Positions 50,389 to 60,752 of a stretch of 64,000 nt of DNA are shown here, in pieces. Source of the DNA: Sphaerodactylus townsendi (taxonomy: Eukaryota); contig NC_059429.1 of NCBI RefSeq assembly GCF_021028975.2, positions 78,616,001-78,680,000 on the forward strand, written 5' to 3'. The position numbers were made by a program, and so were the translations under genes. The notes beneath the pieces are model-generated. The model was not told where the DNA came from and ran no database searches. It worked only from the letters and a program-made list of their open reading frames with translations. The first letter of the stretch is position 1; each line of letters begins with the position of its first letter.

Positions 50389-52253
50389 TAGGAGAGAGAG
50401 AGAGTGAGATGAAGGATAAATTGGGAATAGCAAAGGATGTCAAGGAAGAGCTATATTTACCAATCCAGGAAGCAAAATCCAGTGCCAGCTCTGTTTTCCA
50501 GGAGAAGAACGACATTGGGCACAATCAAACTAGAACCAAGGGCAGCACAAGGTCAAAAAGTGAGTGGCTCTCATTTGTGAGGTCTAGTAATAGGAAAAGT
50601 AGGCCCTCTAAGAGGGGCTACTTTCCAGAAACAAAGCAAAGTTCTGTTCCCAGGCAGGAACAATGCTAAGAAAAAAGCGATGATTAGGTTCAAACCTGGA
50701 AGTGCCCAACTTCTGATGAGTTCAGGGCTGTGTTGATGAAATTAACCCAAGGGCATTCCAAGCCTGTTATAATAAAGGAACTCCGGAAGGTTGGATGGTT
50801 CTCTGATAGTTGGACTGGAGGTTCAACATTAAATTAATGTTAGGAAGAAAGGGGAATCAGGTGAGCTGATTGAGTCAGGGTGTGGAGCATTTGCATGTTC
50901 TTTGTGAGGTCAAGAGTAGATGTGCCTACTCAAGGCTGCGCTGTTGTTATCCAGATCCGGGCATTGTCTACTGCTGTGCATACTTGATTGGGAGGAGGAA
51001 AGCATGTTAAGGCAGACCCCCCTTCATATCAAAGTCCAAGAATTAAAATGGCCTCCATTTTAGTCTGAACTGTATATGACTGGTAGGACGTTTTAGAAAA
51101 TGTCCCCTCCCTCTTGAAATGAATCTGCATGCCAACATTGTGAGTAAAAATTAAAGATTTTTATGTAGCAATTTTTAATTCATATATCATACAAGAAAAG
51201 CTGCCTTCTCAGTGCCTCATCCATCCCCTGCTATCTTGTGCCAGGATTCAACACATGTGCTTGTTGTTTTCAACTTCTTTGCCATTTCTAATCTTGTAGC
51301 AGGCATTAGGTAGAGTGTAAAGATTTTTATGCAGCAAATTTTTATTTTGCCCTTGAAAAAATCCTTATGAACCTGGAATGACAGTCTGGCTGATTGCTTG
51401 ATTGAGCTCCTCACAGATCTGAATTTCTTTTCAAAAGCTGTATTCATATAATAGTATATTCCCTGAAACTGGCAGCTCCTCCATTAATAAGAGGAAGAAT
51501 TAGTGAAATGTAAGGGAGTTTACTAGTGTCTTATGTATTGATTCTAAGAACATTTCTCTTTTTAGTAGCTACCATTTAAATAGTAATGTAATCCATATTA
51601 AATCCCACATCTTATTAGGATGTTTATGTTGTGAGCATTCTCTTCCATTAAAAAAATTAGAACCAGAACAGAGATTAATAATTAGAATGTTATCAGTTCT
51701 AGACACGAAACCGTTAGCATTGTTTCCCATCTTTAGTAGTAGTAATTCAGTTGGACTAAGGGGTAATAATAAATGCAATGCATGACACTTATAGCTTCTT
51801 CACAGATGTGGGGATCTGCAGTGCTTTCAGTCTGAGTGTTGCCACAATAAAGTTGGAGTCAACCAGAAACGTTACACTGCAAATGGCTCCAGCCTACGGC
51901 TAAAGTAAATGTCACTTGTAGAATAATAGTCCAAATGAAGCAGTACAGACTTCCCCAAACCAGATAACTTCTCTGGTGTTATGTTGAGTATATATATCAT
52001 ACAACAAAAGATAAGGGAATTCCAAAAAGCATTAATATGCTGACATCAATCTGTTCTCTTTCTTGAAGCCTGTCCTCTGAAACTTTCAAGCCACTTTCAG
52101 CTGTCTTTAAAATTGTGATCAAATCCAATGTTTGTGATGTTCTGTAGTTATTTCCATTTTAAGTTAATGCTATGAAGTCTGGGTTAGAGATTGGGGAGGA
52201 TGATGTTTGGGTAGAATCTCTAATTTTCTTCATTGTCATTGTCTGGTTTGCAG

Positions 52254-52364
52254 TATGAGCAAGAGCTGGTCCTGAATGGGGAACAAGATGGCAGGCCTGA
52301 ATTCATCCTTGTCAAAGAAAGCCTCAAAAAGACTAAGCTGCCTCCAGATACAGGCATAAGGTAG
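52254..52364 (+). CDS. FAM107-family last coding exon
   Basis: TTGCAG acceptor; YEQELVLNGEQDGRPEFILVKESLKKTKLPPDTGIR-TAG, with the PEF..VK..L.. FAM107 C-terminal motif. Confidence 0.88.
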   Translation, partial: YEQELVLNGEQDGRPEFILVKESLKKTKLPPDTGIR

Positions 52365-55300
52365 ATGTGAAAGCTGAGCTTAAAGTGCAGCTTCTGTCAG
52401 GATGGCTCCCGGGCAGAAGTTCATTCAGAGGAAACTTGAATGAGAGAAGACCAACAGAGACTGCTGCTGCCCCCCGTGCTGAACTTGCTCGGGCTAATCA
52501 CAGGGTCATGCCAGTATGAGGACTAAATCAGACACGTTGATTCAACAAACAGGTGCTGCGTGCAGGCAGTCATTCAGCCATGGTAATTAAGACTTAAGGA
52601 TATTGGGAATGCAAAGTCAGATTAGAACCTCTTCTGGAGGCTGTGTGAGGACAGTGCTGGCTAATGTCTAATCAAAAATGCACTTTTATGAGGAAAATGC
52701 TGCAGTTTTTCAGAGTGTCCAACTCTTACCCATTCCCAGCTGAACATCTCTTCTTAGATTTAGGCAAAAGTTGCTAATGTTAATTCATGTTAGATTCAGT
52801 GTCATTTTCCCTAATGGCCTAGAGAGGGAATAAATGCAGCACAAACCTATTTTTAAACTAACTTTGGCAGGGATTGTATGGGAACCCAGAAAGATTCTTG
52901 TTATATCAAGCAGTGTTTTCTGTTGGCCTCAGTTTCTTGCTAGGTCTCTTAAGTCAAGAAAAAACCATTCAAATATAAGAGCAATACCAAATGGTGGTGA
53001 AAGAATGTCCATGCATATGACCTTTAGAATCTGCTGAATTGTGGTAATCTATAGCTATAAATATCAGAGTGCACAAACAAAAGGGATCTCAAAAAACAAA
53101 ACAACCTTGTATATAATATCCATTATCAAATAATTACAGAACTGACAACAGTTCAAGCCCCTTCTGCCTGCAAAATTGCTCTTATCTCTCAACAAGATTA
53201 GCTCTCTGCATTGTATGCTGCTATTAAGTGGTTCCAGTAAAGCCCAGAAGCATCTATATTCAGCTGTCTGTAAATAGAATTAAACCAAAATGACTCTGTA
53301 ATGATGTTTAGTAACTGTGAGTACAAGGTTTTTGGTACCCTACATTTGATAGGATGCTCTGTAATTCGTTTCACTTGCAAGCACCTTCTCACTCAAGCCT
53401 CCCAAAGAATTTGACAGAAAGTCAGAGATACCATGGTGTCATCTCCTTAGCAAAAAGGATTAAAAAGGAATTATGTTTTTAAAAGAATGTGGCTAGATCT
53501 ACAGAGCTTTTTCTCTTTGTGGCTTTTTATTATCTGCTTTAATTGTTTGATTTTATGAATTGCTATTGGTTATATATTATAAATGTTTTAAATGTAAATC
53601 ATATGAATGGCAGTTTTGTGAAGACAGGGGGTTCTTATTTTTTAAAATAAATATACATCCCCTCCCGATGTTTCCACATTACCCCCCGCCCCATGAGAAG
53701 GCGATTTATTTTGAATCTTTATCTTAAGAGATATACAAGAAGCATTCTCAACTTCTGTGATGGCATCCCTTAGGAGTATATTTATTTATGATTTATTCAT
53801 ATTATTTAAGGATTTATATGCCACCTCTCAGCCATCTTGCTATTAATGTATATGATGGATGAGTGAGATATGGATAAGAAACTATCACTAATATATGGTA
53901 GTACTAAAAGGGAAAAGAGCTATACATTTTGAGAGGATAAGTATTTCTAAAACCAACTATATGATTACCAAAACACTAGTGGTAGTGGGATTTATTTTAT
54001 TCTTTTTTCCTGTATCATAAATCAGACTGTCATGGGATGGTAAACTCACAGTCCAAAACCTTTCAGAAGCTATGGAATTTATACATACAACAAATAAAAC
54101 AGGTTCCAAAACAAAACTTTCTTGCTAGTAGGATAGTTCCCAAAGTTATTGAAACTGGATGCTTTCATGCAAATCTCTCCATGCACATCTAAATTTGATC
54201 CTGGCTGCAGCTTCATTTGCTCACTGTTTGTGAGCCAATATTAGGTTGCATATTTATTAGGATGTTAATTTGCTCAAGTAACAAAGGAGTTCACAGTCCA
54301 CCGTCTGTGAGGAAAAGGGAAGTTATAAATTGGACCGGGATTAGACCTGTATAGAGAAGTAGGCTGAGGACTGGGGAGAGGCAGAAAGCCCAGACAGGAT
54401 ACCTAGAGACTAAGAAGGTGTGCAAAGCAGGCATTGGATTGAAAAACAGAAGGGCCGTAGGGAAACAGGCAGAGAATACAGGATATTGAGGCAAGAATGT
54501 ATTGCTGTGGCTCTGAAGAAACTTCATAGCACAGAAGGCAAGAAGTGGTTTTCATGTTATGGGTGAAGGGAGAGAAATGGAAGATTGGTCAAGAGGTAGA
54601 CAGCAAAACTACACATTACTTGCATATACATGTAACAAAGGCCTAGTAAAACAGCTCTGAGAGGTAATGGTTTGGAGCAGAAAAACTGCAAAGGGTCTGC
54701 AACCCTAATGCTTTTCCATACCAAGTCATTTTTCCTCCCACAGTGTTCCAAAGAAGTTTGCCCTCACAAATGTGGGTTTGTAACCTCGTATGAGTAGAGA
54801 CAGAAAAAGGATACCTCCTCACAAATTCCTCTTTACTTCATGTTGCCCTGTCCTCAACTCCTTGTCCTTAGAACAGCCATCAAGCACAATGAGTTGTTAG
54901 CCCCAGATACATTTTAAAGGTGCTAAAAAGACCACCAAGTAGGGAGGGATCTGAAAAGCTAACAGATGGTTGGGACGTGAGGAATGAGCCACAGAGACCA
55001 TAGGACAGAGAACTGTGTTTCCGGCTAGAAAGGAGTGACCAGTCAAGGAAGGGCTTGGGAGTGATGCCTTGTACTCTGAGAGGAGTCTATCAATTATGGA
55101 TTCTACTATCATGATTGTGATCTGGTAACCCTAAGGAGAAATGAAGATCAAGAAAAAATGGTGATAGGTGGGTTCTGAATTACATATTGTGATTTAAATT
55201 GATCACCTTAGTGTGGAATTTGAACCCAAAGCTCTCTGGCCCTAATACAACATTCTAACCACTATGCTACACTAGCTATTATGAATGCGCCTGCCATGTA

Positions 55301-56243
55301 AATCCACTGTTACTAGTGTCCAGCTCTAATTCTTAAATAAAATGAACTTTGTGTCAATCAGTGTGTGCTTTTTCAGCTTTGCAAGTTATATCTGCACCTA
55401 GGCTACCTGGCACTGTATGAAAACCTCATCTTAGGATGTGTTCTTGCCTGCTGAACCATGCCTCATTTCAGAAACTGCTGCAAAGTATCCCTTAAACAAA
55501 AATAAACCCCAACTTAATTGTGGTAGTCCACTGTCATGAATTGAAGTGCTGGTATATTTTGTGCAGTTCCCATTCATGTGAACAAGGTTTGCTAAAGAGA
55601 AGTGCATATACATTAAATCTAATGCTTGGAAAACATGGCTAGCTCCAGCTTTTGAAGGTGGACCCTGGCTAGGAGGATTTCTTAAGAGTCTAGGAGAGGA
55701 GCATAGCAAATCTTTAAGAGCATTCTACTTAAATTTCTATTCCTCCTTTAACGCTACCATTTTGTACAGCACCCCCACAGACTTATTTGAGAACATTTTT
55801 GTTTAATTTTTTAAAACCCACCATGGGACTTTTATAGATGGTTGTTTTATTTTAACTAATATATTTTAACTAAGCAACGAGATACGTGAAAAAATTCTTT
55901 ATCGAGCTTGGCAAACTGGCAAATATGGTGATAAGGCAGGACTGGCTGCAATGTTTTCTTTGGAACTACTGGTCATGACCACAAAGAAATTGATGACCAC
56001 CACTGTCATCAAGAATGCTGATCTGCACGTTCTGAATCGTTTCCAAAATTAGATAAATCTTGCAACTATTGCTGGGCACCTCCCTCTAACCCTTCATGAA
56101 AGCAAGCGGAAGTTCTGCTGGGTTTCAAAAAAAAGTTTCAGAACAACAAGAAAACCACTCCTCAGTTTAAGTACCACCCTGCTTGTTATAAACATGAATG
56201 CTTTGGCCAGCTTGAGTATTCTTTTGGTGGGTCTTCAATAGAG

Positions 56244-57368
56244 ATGGGGCCTGCTCATTTGGTGTCTGAATCAGCAATGACTGCAAACTGGAGCACTGGT
56301 TTTGAACCATTCACTGAAGACTATTCTGGTGCTGGCTCTGATGACATCTGTCAGTTGCAAGAGCTGCCCTATGCTCGTATCTTTATACCCATCCTGAATT
56401 TCATGACTTTCTTCATTGGCTTCGTTGGTAACTTGTATGTGATTCTGCTGATGGCACGAAAACAAGGCAGGAAGAGGCTCGTGGACACATTCATTCTCAA
56501 CCTGGCTGTGGCTGACCTAGTCTTTGTGTGTACTTTGCCTTTCTGGGCTCTGTCAGTTGCTCTTGGCTACTGGTGCTTTGGTGAAGTGATATGCAAGCTC
56601 AGCAGTTATACCATCTCTGTGAACCGCTGTTCTAGCATTCTGTTCCTGATGGGTATGAGTGTAGAACGCTTCCTTGTGGTGACGAAGCACTGGGATTCCA
56701 GGTTCATGGGAACCAAGGTGAGCATTGGCATGAGCTGTGGTTGCATCTGGCTGTTTTCCCTTCTGCTGGGAATTCCATCTCTGGTGTACAGAAAGTTGAT
56801 CCCCATGGAAGACACCAGCAAGTCTTTGTGCCAGGATGAAGTGCCTTTCACCACTTACAGTATTGTCTTGCTCATCATCACCTTTCTGCTGCCCTTGGGA
56901 GTCATCTTGTTTTCCTATTGCTCCATCTTCACCAAGCTTCGTGGTCATGCCAGCCGAGGTAAAAGGAGAAACAATGCCCTTAAAATCATCTTTGCTGTCA
57001 TTGGAGCATTCATCTGTTTTTGGCTACCATTCAACACCTTCAATGCATTTCTCATCTTTGCTGTGTCAGAGAACATGGATCTTTCTTGCCCGGCACAGAT
57101 GGTTCTCAGGTGGGGACTGACCATCAGTGCTTGCCTGGCCTTTACAAACAGCTGCATTAACCCTATAATCTATGTCTTTATGGATCAGCATTTTCAACAG
57201 CAGGCTCTGAAGAATTGCCCTATTTTTTGTAGCAAAGGGGGTAAAATGCAAACCTCAGCCCTGTCTTCTTCTACAGAGTCCAGTCTCCTATTTGCCAACA
57301 AGAAGAAGCTCACCTCAGCCACCTCCACTCGGTTGGAAGACATGAAAGGGACAGGAAGTGGTCTATGA
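56244..57368 (+). CDS. GPR25: Single-exon class A GPCR, GPR25 (or GPR25-like)
   Basis: 374 aa with 7 TM segments. RLVDTFILNLAVADL, LPFWA, CKLSS, PSLVYR, LRWGLTISACLAFTNSCINPIIY closely follow human GPR25. AATAAA at 57467-57472. Confidence 0.85.
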   Translation: MGPAHLVSESAMTANWSTGFEPFTEDYSGAGSDDICQLQELPYARIFIPILNFMTFFIGFVGNLYVILLMARKQGRKRLVDTFILNLAVADLVFVCTLPFWALSVALGYWCFGEVICKLSSYTISVNRCSSILFLMGMSVERFLVVTKHWDSRFMGTKVSIGMSCGCIWLFSLLLGIPSLVYRKLIPMEDTSKSLCQDEVPFTTYSIVLLIITFLLPLGVILFSYCSIFTKLRGHASRGKRRNNALKIIFAVIGAFICFWLPFNTFNAFLIFAVSENMDLSCPAQMVLRWGLTISACLAFTNSCINPIIYVFMDQHFQQQALKNCPIFCSKGGKMQTSALSSSTESSLLFANKKKLTSATSTRLEDMKGTGSGL

Positions 57369-59348
57369 ACTTCCACAGGATTTTATTGAGGATGATGTGT
57401 GATATCCATGGATATTTGTAATCTGACTGTGCGCTTTTAGAAAGGCAGGATATAATCTAAAATACAAATAAATGTATTGCAAATTCTTTGAAGCAAAATG
57501 CAAAGCAAGCTAAAAAAAACATATATGTTTAATTAAAAGTACATGTATAATTGAAAACTGCTCCATTGCTTTTAAGAAGCTATGCAACGAATTGCTTTTC
57601 TGACACTTTTGGTTGCTGAGTGTATTTCTCACTGTAAGTTTTCTTATTTTTTAATTAAAATTTTAAGTATAAAACTCAGAGCATGTGTGTACAGTCTGAT
57701 TATTAGCTCCACAGGAAATCTTTCTATAAATTTAAAACAAAAAAAATTACATAGAATTTGGGGGTGTAGTTAGAGCTGCCTGCATGTTTAGGGTTCTTAT
57801 GGACATTCCTGTGAGTCAGAGCTTATTTCCTTTCTGTCTTCAGATGTTTTATGCTATTAATTTGGTGTAGTGTAGTAGTTATGAAAATCAGCTATGAACA
57901 ATTAAGCCAATACAGGAATCCTAAATAGGTCTCCTCAGAACACTACGAAAATCTATTCAATAAGCCCAGAAAAAAAATAAGTCTTCTGCACCAAGAGCAG
58001 TGGTCAGTTCACACCAGAAAGCATAACACCGCAGTTGTATGAGAAGCTAAGTAAATAATCATCCAATCCAATCCAAAAACCTTTGTTAGACATAAAACCA
58101 GAAGTACCATACATTCCAAGTACAATAACAGGATCATTGTTAGTAAATAATCATAAGACAGTATTTAAAAAGGAACAGAAGGCAACAATTGAAATGAAAT
58201 CTGTTTTGAGGAATGTCATCTAAATTCTGAGGAATGAGCGAAGTAACATGAATAACCGTAGCCATAGTTTGCCAAGTAGAGAGTGGAAAAAAATATTATG
58301 TAAAGCCATGGGTTTTCATAAACAAAACTGAAATTACATTAATAGAATCATTTAAAAATGAAATGTACACATAAGGAGAAACTTTGAAGTAAAGTATTGT
58401 TGTGGTGATATCAGCTGGGTGTTACTACTTTGTGTAGCTTTTGAAACTTTTACTGAGTTGGAGATAAGCAGCGGCTTTTAAAAAATGGAATTGAAGGTAT
58501 TTTTTCCTGTGGTGTACATACTCATTTCTTATATCTTATCTTTATTTTGTGAGGGTGAGAGGGGATGAATCACAAAAAGTCTGTAAATTCTGTGAACAGA
58601 AACAACAACAGGATGAATATGCCCACCACAAGAAACTCTGCCTCCGCTATACCATCACCTGCCCTCTGAGCAAAATAAGCTACCTCTTTATCCAATTCGT
58701 ACAGACAAGTCCCTACTGAGTAATTCATCCACATTGTGACTGAGTATAATTTGAAGACCATAACAATTACACTTTGTATATCACATGTATTCCACAGAGT
58801 TGTGAAGTAAAACATTTTGACAAATATTTCTGCAGCAAGTTTGGAGTTTTTATCATTAGTTTCATAATTTCAGGAACTCGCTAAAGTCTTAATATTACAG
58901 CACATTAGTTCAAGTCACTTATTTGTCTTGGTCTTAAAGAACAGCAAAATATAAACTATAAGAACAGAAAATCATAGTAACAGAATTTTAAAAATATAGA
59001 TTCATAGTGTCACACACCTCCATAATGTGCATGGAAGACAGTAACATATTGATAATCCAAATTATAATCTATCACATTAGTATTAAAATAATTTTGATGG
59101 CATTTTACTGTATTTCAGTCACAGTGAAGGTAGTGATTTTTTAAGCTAATTTAAAAATATTCCATTTTTTGTCTTTATTTTTTCTTTGTCAGAAAATTTC
59201 CTGAGGTATCATTCCGTGTATAGCATAGAGCTTACAAACAACGAGCACCAGTAAATGATACTTTTGAAATCAAAGCTACCTATATGCTTTTCCTTGGTTG
59301 CATCCACAAAATAAGGATAATTCATTTCACGGTCACTGCTGCTATAAA

Positions 59349-60475
59349 TGTTACCGTGCTGCTCTTGGTAACTTTTACTAACTCCGAAGTACCCAGCTCT
59401 TGGCAGCGCCCAGGAACCCAAGCAAGACCCGACACGGCGAGTATAATAAACAAAGAAGGTTTATTGAGATGCTGACCTAAGTGTCAGTGTAACCTCTAAC
59501 TGTGGGTTCTGTGGGGCAGTACTTGGAATGAGTTGCAACAACAATTTTTAAACAACAAAATGGTTTACTTTTCTTTACAATTAACACTTTTAAAACATCA
59601 ACATTTAACATTACAATTCAAGGTCCTGTTCAGGTTGCATTTCAAGTCCTTCTATTTACAGTCTACTGATATTGCCAAGTCCAAATTCTTCTTTGCAAGT
59701 TGGCTGGCTCCTGAAGACTCCAAGGGCTTGATGAACAGGTTGCAACATGATGAAGGTCTCCAGAACTCTCACCCATTACAACCACAAAAGAAAACCCTTA
59801 ACAAGGTGTTAAGGGCTTATAGAAATCAAGGTCCGAGTCTGGTACCCTTGTCTTCTCCAAAGAGCTCTCTCCTGCAGCCTCTTGCTGCTCTGAGTCTCCA
59901 CCCCTTACTGGGTCAACCCATTCTGGGCCAACCCATTCTGGGCATGGGGGTTACATCAGCACCTCCGTTCCACACAGCCACTGCTGCCTAGCAGCCTTAC
60001 AACATCTTAAATACACTTTCTCCCGTCGGGAGCCCGGGAGAGCCCAAGACAGCCCACCACCATTCATTAACAAAATTCAAAACAACCAATCATGCATTTG
60101 CAACATACAGGACCCAATCAGAGTTTGATGGGTATCCCCTTCTTGGATTTCGCGCCAGAGTAGGGCGAGGCGATGACGTATGCCCTGGCAGGAGAATCAC
60201 AAAGGGTCCTTCAGGTGTTCGGGATCAGGAAATGGAGCTTGATGAAGATGACCCCTTATCTGCCTGCTGACGGGATTTGGCAGGGCGAGGCGCTTTCTCC
60301 GAGACCGTCTTTTGTGTGCGCCCATCAGGGACCTTTACACGTGAAAGGACAGGCTCAGGTGGGGCCGGGATGTGTCCCTGCCTTGAGCCAAGGAAGTTCC
60401 ATGCAGTCAAAAATACAGAGAAACTTATACATCCTACTTTCCTACCTAATACAGCTGGCTTCTATCTAACTAACA
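59349..60475 (-). mobile_element. Probable ERV-type solo LTR (outer element)
   Basis: TGTTA...TAACA ends; minus-strand polyA signal at ~59460 and TATA-like TATTTAA at ~60010; CCAAT motifs at ~60087 and ~60113. TSD not clear. Confidence 0.45.
59488..59955. mobile_element. Solo LTR (468 bp) nested in the outer LTR
   Basis: TGTAACC...GGTTACA inverted termini; 4-bp TSD TCAG. Confidence 0.7.
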
Positions 60476-60752
60476 TAGCAATAAAACATAGTTGAATCTT
60501 CAATTCAAACAAAGTCCAGAAGTGGGATAAATTCGCCTCTGGCTCCGCTATCATAAATGCAGAATTAGTCAGACTGGCAATGGAGTGTCTGCACAGGAAT
60601 TCCCTGTGTACTATCTTCTGTCAATCAACGTTTCCCTGTATTCTCCCATACCACTGGATGGCTTCTTTTGTGCTTTTTAAAGAATGGCATTGCACTTGTG
60701 CTGTAATGTTACAACAGTCTATTGCCACGGTTTACTAGATCAGGCTGTCAAT

